Below, piece after piece: positions 1-10,411 of a stretch of 64,000 bases of DNA (within the stretch, counting starts at the first letter, position 1; each line of letters begins with the position of its first letter). Source of the DNA: Escherichia phage vB_EcoP-101114UKE3; the sequence record NC_070982.1, one strand, 5' to 3'. The notes beneath the pieces are model-generated. The model did no database searches, was not told where the DNA came from, and saw only the letters and a list, made by a program, of their open reading frames with translations. The translations under genes were made by a program, and so were the position numbers.

Positions 1-676
1 AAGACCTGACGGCGCTCTTGTTTTTGATACTACTTCACAAGACCAACTTCTTGCTGGACTTGACACTTATGGGCTGTGTGTGTTTAGGAATAACCAACAA
101 ATAGCAGCACCTTGGGACATATGGAACTACTCCTCAAACCTTTTCTTTAGGGCGGGTGACACATATAGTATGATAAGTATTCCGTTTGAGTCTGCCGGTA
201 AGATAAAAGTTTTTGGTGGTGCATCAGGCAGTGGGTGGAAAACCTCAAGGACGGTATATGATACTGTAAATACAACTGTTGACGTCAATGGCTTTATCAA
301 AGCAGCGTCACCAATAGTTAAGGTATTCCATGACGGAAGTTTTGAAACAAACGAACAATCTGATGGAGTTAGTGTTAAGAAAATCTCCACCGGGGTTTAT
401 TTAATTTCAGGGTGTCTTGGTCTTAATTCTGATGCAGGGTGGGGTGGGGTAGATGGAGGTTTTGAAATCCCAATAGACCGAAACAAACAACCTAGAGTTT
501 GGCTTGACTATGAGGTTAAAGAGGATGGTTCTCTTTTAATTAAAACTTATCATAGAACCCATTCAACATCCCCAGCTTTTGCTAGAAACGAGTTGGAAGG
601 TTTTTCTGACGGAGACCCTGTTGACATTCCTAAGGATGCGTTCATTTCGGTTCGTGTTGAAATGCCTTCTAAGTAA
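1..676 (+). CDS. virion structural protein, C-terminal part (5' end outside window)
   Basis: Frame open from nt 2 to stop 674-676; track Met at 80 is an internal GTG; Gly/Ser/Thr-rich; directly precedes tail fibre gene. Confidence 0.45.
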   Translation, partial: RPDGALVFDTTSQDQLLAGLDTYGLCVFRNNQQIAAPWDIWNYSSNLFFRAGDTYSMISIPFESAGKIKVFGGASGSGWKTSRTVYDTVNTTVDVNGFIKAASPIVKVFHDGSFETNEQSDGVSVKKISTGVYLISGCLGLNSDAGWGGVDGGFEIPIDRNKQPRVWLDYEVKEDGSLLIKTYHRTHSTSPAFARNELEGFSDGDPVDIPKDAFISVRVEMPSK

Positions 677-685
677 ATTAACAAT

Positions 686-705
686 GCTCCCTTCGGGGAG
701 CTTTA
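686..705 (+). terminator. GC hairpin with TTCG loop plus T-run
   Basis: gctccc-ttcg-gggagc followed by ttt; sits between stop 676 and SD/ATG 717. Confidence 0.45.
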
Positions 706-716
706 AGGAGATTTTA

Positions 717-2864
717 ATGTCTAGAGAACTAATGCCCAAATCTGGCATAATGATGCCTCATGTAGTTGTAACCAGAGATGCGGCTGTTGTTGGCGTTTCT
801 ACTGTAGATGGGGCCGCTGGTGCTATCAACTTAACAGAAAAATACCTTCAGAAATCTGACGCTGAAGCAACCTATCAAACGAAAGCAGAAGGGGCTACTA
901 AGCAATATGTAACCGACGCTATCAACCCCATTATGACAAATGCTCTTTTTAAAGATGACCCCTTTGTTAATAATGACACACCTATTCGCTCTGGCGGTGG
1001 TAATGGTGTTGAATCGGTAGATATGATTAAAGTCACCCCTGAGAACACCATCAAACTAGGGAGCTATGCTTCTTCTGTTCAGGGGGTTGAGATTCATTCT
1101 GCTGGTCGTCTTCAGGTTGTTGATCAGAATGATAGTGGTGTAGAAACTAAATACCCTGTGTATTCTAAGCGCTATCGTCCTGAGATTGAAGATTTACCTT
1201 TTGCTGCAATCGGTTCTTATGTTAAGGATTCAAAAGGTCGTACTGTTGGTGTAACCCGTACCGGTATCAACTCTGATATCAAACAACTTACACAGAAAGT
1301 CACTTTTACTCAACCTGTAACCGTAGCCGATGCTGTAGGCGATTATGATGCAGTGACACTGAGACAGCTTCGTAACAGTGGTGGTGGTTCTGGAGGTCCT
1401 ACCATGAGTGGTATCTCGAACTTTGGTATCGGTGATTTCCACTTACGCGATAGTCGTGCTTTTATCCCAGCTTTTGAAGTAGTGTCTGATGGTCAGCTTT
1501 TGAATCGTGCTGATTATCCAGATTTGTGGGCTTATGCTCAACTGCTATCTCCAATCGAGGATTCTCTTTGGTTATCTAACATCTACCAGAGGGGTAAATA
1601 CTCTACGGGTAACGGTACAACGACTTTCCGTGTTCCTGACCGAAATGGTATTCAAGAAGGGTCTCTGAAAGCTCTGTATGGTCGTGGTGATGGTGGAGCT
1701 TCGGCTGCTAATGGTCAAATATTTGATTCTGCTGCTCCTAACATTTATGGAGATATTGGTGGTGTTGTTGCTTATGGCCAGACTGGAGCTATTCTACGAG
1801 GTCAAGAGGAACAACCTCTCGCCCCTCAACCTTCAACTGGAAATGGTGTCTTGAGAGTTAGTTTAGACGCCTCAAAAGCAAGTCCTGTATATGGTCGTTC
1901 CACCGATGAAATCCTAACCCGTAACTTTGTTGGTGTTTGGACTATTCGTGCTCATGGTGGTTTTACTGCTGCTAATACTTCTTGGTCTGTTGTTAACAGT
2001 GACACAAATCGTCCTCCTAAAGGAACTAAAGCTTCTAGCGGTTCTGTTGTTGCTGAATATAAAATTGGTTCAGAAGTAGAGGCTTCTACTACGCTCCAAA
2101 CTGATGCTTATATCGACGGAGCTTATTATGGGATTATCAATGTTTATAATAAAACCAAAGGAGTTACCAAGCAATTAGCTTTTGACGATTCTGGAACCCT
2201 GAACTCTGATAGATATGTTGCTCGGTTTGGGACATTGATGTCTTGGAGTGAAACAGGAAGTCGCAGAGGGACGTTTTCTACAGACAACCAAGGGATCGGT
2301 GCTAACTACTCTTTTAACTCTATACTGAGTGCTTCCCAAGCATCCCAAGGTGGATACAAAACTACTACCCATGTAGGGATGATTCACAATGATGCTGGAA
2401 CTTTTGCTGATTCTTGTTGGCACGTAGCTGGGGATGAAGATAACAAGTATGGTTGTCGTTTAACTCTTCGACCAAACAGAAATGAGATTTATTACTACAC
2501 TTGGCAGCCAAGTTCAACCGGAACTTATACTCTTGCTATGAATCCTGTATCTGATGAAAAGTTGAAACATAACATCCAAGATATCTCTCCTGATGAAGCA
2601 ATTCGTGCGATAAAAGGTTTGGATTTCAAATCGTTTGTGTACAACAATGATAATCAAGGAAGAACTCGTCGTGGTATCATTGCACAGCAGGCAGAGAAAG
2701 TTGAACCTCTTTATGTTAAAACTCGTAAATTCCATGACAACGATGGGGTAGAGCAGGAACAGAAAGAGTTGGATGCAACTCCAATGCTTTTAGATACCAT
2801 GCAGGTTGTTCAAGATCTGCTGAAGCGTATTGAAGTTCTAGAAGCGAAGTTAGCAGAGAAGTGA
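717..2864 (+). CDS. tail fibre/tailspike with C-terminal intramolecular chaperone (peptidase S74-like) domain
   Basis: ATG 717 with AAGGAG SD (track start 579 lies upstream of hairpin); C-terminus VSDEKLKHNIQDISPDEAIRAIKGLDFKSF matches the S-D-x-x-L-K-x-N-I autocleavage motif of endosialidase/L-shaped fibre chaperone domains. Confidence 0.8.
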   Translation: MSRELMPKSGIMMPHVVVTRDAAVVGVSTVDGAAGAINLTEKYLQKSDAEATYQTKAEGATKQYVTDAINPIMTNALFKDDPFVNNDTPIRSGGGNGVESVDMIKVTPENTIKLGSYASSVQGVEIHSAGRLQVVDQNDSGVETKYPVYSKRYRPEIEDLPFAAIGSYVKDSKGRTVGVTRTGINSDIKQLTQKVTFTQPVTVADAVGDYDAVTLRQLRNSGGGSGGPTMSGISNFGIGDFHLRDSRAFIPAFEVVSDGQLLNRADYPDLWAYAQLLSPIEDSLWLSNIYQRGKYSTGNGTTTFRVPDRNGIQEGSLKALYGRGDGGASAANGQIFDSAAPNIYGDIGGVVAYGQTGAILRGQEEQPLAPQPSTGNGVLRVSLDASKASPVYGRSTDEILTRNFVGVWTIRAHGGFTAANTSWSVVNSDTNRPPKGTKASSGSVVAEYKIGSEVEASTTLQTDAYIDGAYYGIINVYNKTKGVTKQLAFDDSGTLNSDRYVARFGTLMSWSETGSRRGTFSTDNQGIGANYSFNSILSASQASQGGYKTTTHVGMIHNDAGTFADSCWHVAGDEDNKYGCRLTLRPNRNEIYYYTWQPSSTGTYTLAMNPVSDEKLKHNIQDISPDEAIRAIKGLDFKSFVYNNDNQGRTRRGIIAQQAEKVEPLYVKTRKFHDNDGVEQEQKELDATPMLLDTMQVVQDLLKRIEVLEAKLAEK

Positions 2865-2869
2865 GATAA

Positions 2870-2887
2870 GCCCCTTCGGGGGCTTTT
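2870..2887 (+). terminator. GC hairpin with TTCG loop plus T-run
   Basis: gcccc-ttcg-ggggc then tttt immediately after fibre stop. Confidence 0.45.
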
Positions 2888-2953
2888 AGGAGTGAAACTG
2901 GTGAATAAGTAATGAAACTACTATATCCAAAAGGAAAATGAAAGGAGAAGAAA

Positions 2954-3172
2954 ATGAAAATGATGAAACAGGTAACTTATGGTCTAGCTTGCTTAGGGAC
3001 AGGTTTTGTGATTTCCACAGCAGTACCTGTAAATGCAGTAGGCTCTCATTCTATTATAGAAGCTCCTGTAGAGAAGCTTAGTTCTCAATGTAAACAAAGG
3101 ACCATTCAAAATAATTTGGTTGTTATTTGCCCAGACGCTCAATCTTCAGCTCTGAGAAAAATTCTTCCTTAA
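2954..3172 (+). CDS. small membrane/secreted protein (holin candidate)
   Basis: SD aaaggag; N-terminal hydrophobic segment VTYGLACLGTGFVISTAVPV; immediately upstream of lysozyme. Confidence 0.35.
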   Translation: MKMMKQVTYGLACLGTGFVISTAVPVNAVGSHSIIEAPVEKLSSQCKQRTIQNNLVVICPDAQSSALRKILP

Positions 3173-3205
3173 TTGACCTAAAATAACAACAAAAGGAGGT
3201 CAAAG

Positions 3206-3697
3206 ATGGACGCTATCGCATTGCCGCCTATACAGATGAGCCTAAGTCCGGCTGGTATGGAGTTTATCATGAAGCATGAAGGCATGAGAACTAAAGCCTA
3301 TAAAGACTCCGCTGGAATCTGGACTATATGTGTAGGGGCTACGCGCGATATGAATGGGTATCCAGTAAGACAAGGATTAACGTATTCTATAGAGGATTGT
3401 CTAGCTCTGCTAGATAGAGACACACAAGACTCTGTTCGTGCTACTCAGAAAAACATAAGAGTTCCTATGCTAGCTCATGAATTTGATGCTGTCACTTCTT
3501 TCAACTTTAATGTTGGTGGTGGTGCTTTGTCAGCTTCAAAACTTAGGAAAGTGATCAACGGAGATGTGAAGGGTGATGTTTACTCAGAGTTCTTACGTTG
3601 GGATAAGATAACTGTTAAAGGTGTAAAGCAGCGGAGTCCGGGACTTCACAATCGCAGGGTTGCAGAAGCAAATCTATACACTACAGGAAAATATTAA
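3206..3697 (+). CDS. lysozyme (GH24 muramidase, endolysin)
   Basis: HEGMRTKAYKDSAGIWTICVGAT motif typical of T4/lambda-type lysozymes; SD aaggagg. Confidence 0.8.
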   Translation: MDAIALPPIQMSLSPAGMEFIMKHEGMRTKAYKDSAGIWTICVGATRDMNGYPVRQGLTYSIEDCLALLDRDTQDSVRATQKNIRVPMLAHEFDAVTSFNFNVGGGALSASKLRKVINGDVKGDVYSEFLRWDKITVKGVKQRSPGLHNRRVAEANLYTTGKY

Positions 3698-3709
3698 TGG
3701 AGGTGCCTT

Positions 3710-4513
3710 TTGGCTATCGAAACAACTGCGGTAGTTACTACCGATTTAAACCCCCTATACCCACGGGACAGGGATTATCTTTATGAAGGGGCTGCCCAGA
3801 TACGACTGGTCAAACAAGTATTAATTAACACCTTTCCTAACATCACAGAGCCAGTTCAACTTGACTCAGATTCTTTCAACATCTTAGCAAACAAGGTTTC
3901 CTTTACTGGAGATTCTATGGATGTTGGAGGTTTGATGATCAAAAACTTAACTCCGGGAACTGGTGATAAAGATGCTGTAACCAAAGGTCAGATGGAAGCT
4001 TTCATGTTAAACTGGATGCAGAATAAACTCTATCGTATTGGGGCTTACTATATCACTGAAGAAGATATCAACCCCGGAGATTCTAGCTCTCTTGGTTTTG
4101 GTTCTTGGGCTAAAGTAACTGGTGTTGTTATGGGTACTGGTGTTGTTAACCCTGATGGCTCTGTTCCTAATGCTCAGCGTGTAGAGTTCCAAGCAGGTGG
4201 TACTGGTGGTCGTGTATTTAACACAATTCGTGCTGACAACATGCCTCTGACTACAATCAATGGTTCTAGTTTTCAAGTTAGTTCTTATTCTCACTCACAT
4301 AATATCACAATGGGTCGTGGAGATGCTAGTGGTCACAACAGCAGTCCTAATTGGTATAGTCCGGGTGGTGGTTATACTCAGGTAACTGACACTAACACCC
4401 ACTCTCACTCAATTACAGGTTCTGTTAGTTTTGGACGTGATGATGTATCGAGACAACCCATCAACACTTTGCCGCCTTTCAGAGCAGCGCATATCTGGAG
4501 ACGTATTAGCTAA
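3710..4513 (+). CDS. tail fibre protein with HxH repeats; probable TTG start
   Basis: In-frame stop at 3695-3697 leaves TTG 3710 as only start, GGAGG SD 6 nt upstream; SHSHNIT and THSHSIT motifs resemble metal-binding HxH repeats of fibre tips. Confidence 0.5.
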   Translation: MAIETTAVVTTDLNPLYPRDRDYLYEGAAQIRLVKQVLINTFPNITEPVQLDSDSFNILANKVSFTGDSMDVGGLMIKNLTPGTGDKDAVTKGQMEAFMLNWMQNKLYRIGAYYITEEDINPGDSSSLGFGSWAKVTGVVMGTGVVNPDGSVPNAQRVEFQAGGTGGRVFNTIRADNMPLTTINGSSFQVSSYSHSHNITMGRGDASGHNSSPNWYSPGGGYTQVTDTNTHSHSITGSVSFGRDDVSRQPINTLPPFRAAHIWRRIS

Positions 4514-4522
4514 GGAGGAACT

Positions 4523-7500
4523 ATGGCGCTTTATCCAATAAAATCTTTAGGGGCTGTAGGGGTTATTGCTGACCAAGCTCCGACTGATTTAGCACCTAAT
4601 GCTTTCACTAATGCTATCAATGCCCGCTTTGTAGAGCAAAGAGTTTTTAAGACGGGGGGCAATGCCCCTCTTTCTTATGTAGAAGAAGATAAAGAGATTA
4701 CACCACTTTCTTTTATATCAATGCCTTTTGACTACTATAGTGCAGGTAATAGCTTTCTGATTGTTGGTACAGACAAAAAGCTATACAAGCTAACAGATGA
4801 AAGTTTGACAGATATTAGCCGAAAGGTTGCTACTGTCACAAAAAGAGCTTCCGCTTCTATTAAGATATATCCGGTTGTTTCTCAGATTGTTCCTAAAGAA
4901 ACTTCTATTTCAATGAATTTCAATCAAACTAAAACCTTGGAAGTTTCTATTCTTCCTGAAGATGCTAATAACACAGCTTTAGTTTGGGAGGTTAGTAATT
5001 CTTCTTATGGTAAAGTAGAAGCTGACACCGAGAACCCTAAAACTGCAACCTTGACGTCTTATGAAAAAGAAGGGAATTTAGTAGTTACTGTATCAACAGC
5101 TGATAAATCTATTAGTGCTCAGATTGCAGTAAACATCATAGATGGTGATTCTGGTATCTTCTTAAGTCAGGATACAATAACTGTCCGCAAAGGTGGTAAC
5201 ACAACACTAACTGCTGTTACTGGAAAAACTCCTGTAACTTGGGTCTCTAGTAATGCTTCTGTTGTGTCTGTAACACCTAATGCTAATACACTGACAGCTA
5301 CTTTGTCTGCTAATGGTGAGGGTACTGTAACAATAACTGCTGATAACGGAACTAAGAGTGCTTCTTGTCAAATTACTGTTATACCTCAGATAGACAGTAT
5401 CACTCTGAGTCAGACAAGCGTTCAAATGAGCAGGGGTACTCAGTATGTTTTAACTGCTACGGTTAATCCTTCAGATGCTCCCAATAAAAGCATAACTTGG
5501 ACTTCCTCTAATCCTGCCATTGCCACAGTTTCTGGAAATAGTACAGAAGCGGTAATAACAGGGTTACTAGCTGGGTTTACTGAAATCACAGCTGTTACTC
5601 AAGAGGGTGATAGATCAGCAACCTGTACAGTGAGAGTTGATTTAGCTGGGAGAATGATGCGAACTTCTGCAATGGCTTTATCAGAACCTGTTGTAGATTC
5701 TATACAAGAAGAAGAAACCAATAATACTCCTATCGAATCAGAAGAGGTTTTATATTTTGTTAATGAGCCATCTGGAGTTGATACCTCAGGGATGTATGAA
5801 GGTAACAACTTCTATGATTACTCAAACGTCAATGATATGGAAGGTTTTGCACGAGCTGCACTTATGTCCAGCGATACTCCGTTGCAATCTTTATCACTAG
5901 ATATCATCGATGCCTCTCTTGATGTTGGGGAAGATATTGTAATTACAGCCAATGCTTTGCCTGAGGGAGAGTATTTCTATCAGTGGACAGTGGACAAAGC
6001 AGGATATGTTTCAACCACATCTACTACCGGGAAATCTCTAAAACTGACAGCTATTCGTAAAGGTGAGATCAAAGTTACTTGTACTGCTAGTCAAATGACT
6101 CAGAAAGATTATGATGCTTTTGACGACTATCCTTGGTATCACACCATAATCTCTAACTGTGCAGTGGCTACCACTCACTATGAAACACCACAGGTCAAAG
6201 AATTTGAATCTGAGTATTTCGTAGATCTTCCGGGATGGGGTGAGCAAACAGTCGTTGATAATGATGGCAACCCTTCTGTTAAGAAATTTAACTGGAAGTG
6301 TGAGCGTATTCGTGCATTCAACAACAGACTTTTTGCTCTGAATATGAGGGAATCTAATGCATCTGGTGTAACTACTCACTACCCTCTAAGACTTCGGTGG
6401 TCGAATTTCGCTAACGAAAACAAAGCTCCATCTCTTTGGGATGATTATGCTTATGATCGTTTAACAACTTCAGACCTATCAGCAAACATTGTTGGTCAAA
6501 CTGAGGCTTTGGAAAATGGGTACGCTGGGTATATAGATTTAGCAGATTCTAACGGAAGCTTGATTGATGTACTTCCTCTGAAAGATTACCTTTTTGTTTA
6601 CACGGAGTTCGAAACCTACATTGGTTCTCCAACCAATAACACATATCAGCCTCTTATGTTTAAGAAGCTGTTTAATGACTCTGGCATACTTGCTCCTGAG
6701 TGTGCAGTTGAAGTCGAAGGTGGACACTTCGTAGTAACTCAAAATGATGTGATCTTACACAATGGTGCATCTAAAAAATCTATAGCATCTAACCGAGTCA
6801 AGAATCTTCTCATTAATGAGATCTGTCTAGTAAACCCTCTAGCTACTAGAGTTCACCTACACCAAGACAAGAAAGAGGTTTGGGTTTTATATGTAGGTCC
6901 GGGAGAGCCTAAAGAGAGTTTTGCTTGTAATAAAGCCGCTGTTTGGAATTATGAGTTTGACACTTGGTCTTTCCGTACAATACCATATGCTCAGTGTATT
7001 GGGTTAGTCGATCCACCAGTTCTTGAGAGAGGTCCAATCTGGGCAGATTTTCAAGAGATCACTTGGGATGATCCCTCTATTAACCAATTAGTCTGGAGAA
7101 AGGATGCTAATAACTTCCGTCAAAGGATTACAATAGTTGGCTCTTTCCTGAAAGGATTCTATCAAGTGGATGTTGGTGCTCTGGATTACATCTATGATAG
7201 AACCAACGATAGGATTATAGAAAAACCTTTAGAAATGAGGCTAGAAAGAACTGGTATTGATTTTGATAGTGTCACTAACGAGTGGAATCAAAAACATATT
7301 AATAGATTTAGACCTCAAGTCACTGGTACGGGTACCTATACTTTTGAAGTCGGTGGAAGTCAATTCTCAAACGAGTATGGACATAATCACTCAACTAAAG
7401 AGTTTAGGGTAGGCTCAGATCGTCATGTATCCGTGAGACTGAACCATCCATACCTATTCTATAATGTTATAGATAATGATGTTAACAGTAATGCTTCTAT

Positions 7501-7543
7501 GAATGGTTTAACTATAGAGTTTAGTGTTGGCGGTCGAAGATAA
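4523..7543 (+). CDS. large structural protein with tandem bacterial Ig-like (Big_2-type) repeats
   Basis: 1006 aa; repeated approx 80-aa T/S/V-rich segments (TLTA..TVTITA..) in N-terminal third; SD aaggagg. Confidence 0.6.
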   Translation: MALYPIKSLGAVGVIADQAPTDLAPNAFTNAINARFVEQRVFKTGGNAPLSYVEEDKEITPLSFISMPFDYYSAGNSFLIVGTDKKLYKLTDESLTDISRKVATVTKRASASIKIYPVVSQIVPKETSISMNFNQTKTLEVSILPEDANNTALVWEVSNSSYGKVEADTENPKTATLTSYEKEGNLVVTVSTADKSISAQIAVNIIDGDSGIFLSQDTITVRKGGNTTLTAVTGKTPVTWVSSNASVVSVTPNANTLTATLSANGEGTVTITADNGTKSASCQITVIPQIDSITLSQTSVQMSRGTQYVLTATVNPSDAPNKSITWTSSNPAIATVSGNSTEAVITGLLAGFTEITAVTQEGDRSATCTVRVDLAGRMMRTSAMALSEPVVDSIQEEETNNTPIESEEVLYFVNEPSGVDTSGMYEGNNFYDYSNVNDMEGFARAALMSSDTPLQSLSLDIIDASLDVGEDIVITANALPEGEYFYQWTVDKAGYVSTTSTTGKSLKLTAIRKGEIKVTCTASQMTQKDYDAFDDYPWYHTIISNCAVATTHYETPQVKEFESEYFVDLPGWGEQTVVDNDGNPSVKKFNWKCERIRAFNNRLFALNMRESNASGVTTHYPLRLRWSNFANENKAPSLWDDYAYDRLTTSDLSANIVGQTEALENGYAGYIDLADSNGSLIDVLPLKDYLFVYTEFETYIGSPTNNTYQPLMFKKLFNDSGILAPECAVEVEGGHFVVTQNDVILHNGASKKSIASNRVKNLLINEICLVNPLATRVHLHQDKKEVWVLYVGPGEPKESFACNKAAVWNYEFDTWSFRTIPYAQCIGLVDPPVLERGPIWADFQEITWDDPSINQLVWRKDANNFRQRITIVGSFLKGFYQVDVGALDYIYDRTNDRIIEKPLEMRLERTGIDFDSVTNEWNQKHINRFRPQVTGTGTYTFEVGGSQFSNEYGHNHSTKEFRVGSDRHVSVRLNHPYLFYNVIDNDVNSNASMNGLTIEFSVGGRR

Positions 7544-7549
7544 CAAATA

Positions 7550-7575
7550 GGGGCTTCGGCCCCTTTTATTGTTTT
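7550..7575 (+). terminator. GC hairpin with TTCG loop plus T-run
   Basis: ggggc-ttcg-gcccc then ttttattgttttt. Confidence 0.5.
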
Positions 7576-7590
7576 TAATTGGAGGTACTT

Positions 7591-8559
7591 ATGGGTGCTG
7601 GAGGTTTTCGAAAGAATACTGGTAGAAACAACACCACACTTCCGTACAATGTTGGTTTTCTAAACAATGTGCAGGATACAGAAACTTACAACGTTGCCGT
7701 CTATGATGAACTACAAAAAGTTAGTACAGCAACTAATCAGATGTTTCAAGCCATTGATGAAATACATGAAGAAATTGATGTTAGGATTAAAGCTCTTAAT
7801 GCAATGAATCTTCAATTTGATGAACTTGAAAACAGAATTACTACAGAGATCGAAACAGCTATTGCTGATATTCAAACACAGATGGGCAATCTGTCCACTG
7901 AAGATATTTGGGATAATTCAGTACAACCGCCAGTTAAGCTAGAAAGTTCTATGGCAGGGTTTAAAACTTCTATAGAAGGTAATGAGGTTAAGATACAATC
8001 TGTTGAGGGAATCGTAAACCAGCAGGGAGAGGAAATTGGCTTAGTTCAAACAGAGATCTCTAATATCAATAGCAGCCTATCTTCTTATATGAAGCTATCT
8101 GACTACGAGGCTACGTGGGGGGTTAACTCAAATGTCAACGGTAGGTATGCTGGTGTCAAACTAACTAACAATGGCACGAACAGTCAGTTCCAAGTTACGG
8201 CTGATAAGTTTGTTGTGGGTGACGGTAACTCAGGTAATACACCTTTTGTGTTTGAAGGAGGTCGAGCTAAGATAGAGTTTGCTGATATTAAGAATGTCAA
8301 TATCACAACTGCTCAGATTGCTAATGCTCGTATCCAGTTTGCTCAGATAGATAACGTGTGGATTACTGATGGTCAGATTGCCAATCTTACAGCTAACAAG
8401 ATCACTGCTGGCTCTATGTCCGGTTCTAACTGGAGACTTACAGTAGGTGGAGATTTTGTAATGGGTGGTACAGGCGGTTCTCAGTTATGGATGAACGGTA
8501 ATAGAATAGATTTTTATGATGGGAGTGGAACTCTTCGCATAAGAATAGGGAGTTGGTAA
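7591..8559 (+). CDS. tail fibre-like structural protein
   Basis: ATG 7591 with GGAGG SD (track start 7579 is TTG); coiled-coil N-terminus, Gly-rich beta C-terminus. Confidence 0.5.
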   Translation: MGAGGFRKNTGRNNTTLPYNVGFLNNVQDTETYNVAVYDELQKVSTATNQMFQAIDEIHEEIDVRIKALNAMNLQFDELENRITTEIETAIADIQTQMGNLSTEDIWDNSVQPPVKLESSMAGFKTSIEGNEVKIQSVEGIVNQQGEEIGLVQTEISNINSSLSSYMKLSDYEATWGVNSNVNGRYAGVKLTNNGTNSQFQVTADKFVVGDGNSGNTPFVFEGGRAKIEFADIKNVNITTAQIANARIQFAQIDNVWITDGQIANLTANKITAGSMSGSNWRLTVGGDFVMGGTGGSQLWMNGNRIDFYDGSGTLRIRIGSW

Positions 8560-8560
8560 T

Positions 8561-9595
8561 ATGGCATATGGAATATGGACAAGACCTGTTGGTCCGGGTC
8601 CGGCGGCACCTGCTGACATTTACATTGATAGTGGTAGCACGTTTCCTCAACTCAAGAATAGAGTTAGCGGTAACTTTGCATTTAGTGGAAACATTTGTGA
8701 CCTCCCTATAAACGGGTGGGATGGAAGTGGTCAAATAGTTATTGTCCCAACAGGCTCTGTGGTATGGGAAAGATACATACCGCCTAATGTGACCTCTGAC
8801 GTATACTGGATAAATAACATCTCAGTTATTAATAACTCTACTTTTCGAGTTACTATGGATTATAATGTTAATGGGTGGATATTTGATATGGCTTTTAATG
8901 TGTATCAGATATGGCCTAGAGCTAATAGAAACTACGGAATTACTTTTTCTAACACAGCTGATTACTTCTCTATTTCTGACTCTGGTACTGTTGGTCAGTG
9001 TATCTGGGCTTGGGAAGGTGACATAAACGGCTCTCTTCAGATACCAGATATTGGAGGTTTTGATATGAGCCGGGCAACTGTTTATGCAAACTGGAGTCAC
9101 GGAGGGGCTGGGTTGTTATATAACCCGTCTAACAGGGTTGTTTATGTGTACCAAAACAGGTCTCACGATAACAGTAACACAAACCAAACAGGATATATTG
9201 GTGGTGTTAGGATTGCTGTTTTCTGCGATGGTTCTGTGGTACCAACTCACAACGGTGGCCTAAATATCTTTTCCCCAAATGGGTCTCAGTGCGTATTCTC
9301 TACCTACAGAACCCCTTTTAGTGTTGAGGGGTTTATGCCTATGAGTGGAGGTAATACATCTCTGGCCTATCCAATGATACCACTGTCTTATGGGGCTGGG
9401 GCTATACGAGGAAGTGCTAGTGGTTGGTACTTTCAACACACAAGATCTCATATGATGAATGGATCTTCTTTTGGGACAGGGTATGGAAGAATGATATACT
9501 CTTGGTCAAATCAGTATGATCTCGGTGGTGGGGGTGCTCTAGGATTAAGTATTCCGGTATTAGACGCCAAGAAGATTTTTAGAAGCATACAATAA
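8561..9595 (+). CDS. virion structural protein
   Basis: 344 aa, N/G/S/Y-rich, start overlaps upstream stop, in late operon. Confidence 0.4.
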   Translation: MAYGIWTRPVGPGPAAPADIYIDSGSTFPQLKNRVSGNFAFSGNICDLPINGWDGSGQIVIVPTGSVVWERYIPPNVTSDVYWINNISVINNSTFRVTMDYNVNGWIFDMAFNVYQIWPRANRNYGITFSNTADYFSISDSGTVGQCIWAWEGDINGSLQIPDIGGFDMSRATVYANWSHGGAGLLYNPSNRVVYVYQNRSHDNSNTNQTGYIGGVRIAVFCDGSVVPTHNGGLNIFSPNGSQCVFSTYRTPFSVEGFMPMSGGNTSLAYPMIPLSYGAGAIRGSASGWYFQHTRSHMMNGSSFGTGYGRMIYSWSNQYDLGGGGALGLSIPVLDAKKIFRSIQ

Positions 9596-9604
9596 GGAGA
9601 GGAT

Positions 9605-10402
9605 ATGGATAGGATTTTAGGAGTTTCAGAACTAGACCCACTGGTTCAACAAGCTGCTAAGAAGTATGGTATTCCTGCTGCTCTTGTTCATGCGGTGATT
9701 CAGAGGGAGTCTAGTGGTAAACCCTCTGCCGCTTCAGGAACAGGGCCAGTAGGATTGATGCAGATTAGTAAAGGCTTGGCTAAAGATTATGGATATAAAC
9801 TTGAAGATAGGTTAGACCCTGCAAAGAATATTGACATGGGTGCTAGATATTTAAGAGATAACCTGAAAGCTTTTGACGGCGATGTGAGGAAGGCTTTGGT
9901 GGGGTATTCAGAAGGGACTGGTGGTGCTAAGCAAATGTTTGCTGGTAAGAAAGGGTTTACACCTCAAGCTTTAGATTCAATGAATAATAAGCTGTTCCTA
10001 CCATTCTTTGATAAGAACACAGCAGCGGCACAAGTGGCTAATCCTGTAGGTGCTTTGAAAGCAGTACAGCCTGTGGACCAGTTTGATTCTAATACGCTGA
10101 CTAGAGAAGGTGCTGCAAATGCTCCCACTCAAGCAGAGATGGCTGCAAGCAAGGCTGGGGCTTTGGGTGGTCGTCCTGTAGAGTTTTACTCTGATGAACA
10201 ACAGTCTGGAGAAGATCAAAAACCTCAACAGAACTTTGGTAATGCTGTGTTGGCAGCTGCTTCTATGCTTGCAGGAAAACAGCCTAACTCTCAAACTGTA
10301 CAGAGAGCACACGCCCCTACTCAAGCAGGTTCTCGATATAGTCCACAAACACAAGCTGTGCTGAGACGTCTGTCTAGCATAGGTACTGACATTTACAGAT
10401 AA
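9605..10402 (+). CDS. virion-associated lytic transglycosylase (SLT domain)
   Basis: IQRESSGKPSAASGTGPVGLMQI matches SLT catalytic E-S...GLMQ motif. Confidence 0.75.
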   Translation: MDRILGVSELDPLVQQAAKKYGIPAALVHAVIQRESSGKPSAASGTGPVGLMQISKGLAKDYGYKLEDRLDPAKNIDMGARYLRDNLKAFDGDVRKALVGYSEGTGGAKQMFAGKKGFTPQALDSMNNKLFLPFFDKNTAAAQVANPVGALKAVQPVDQFDSNTLTREGAANAPTQAEMAASKAGALGGRPVEFYSDEQQSGEDQKPQQNFGNAVLAAASMLAGKQPNSQTVQRAHAPTQAGSRYSPQTQAVLRRLSSIGTDIYR

Positions 10403-10411
10403 GGAGGACTT

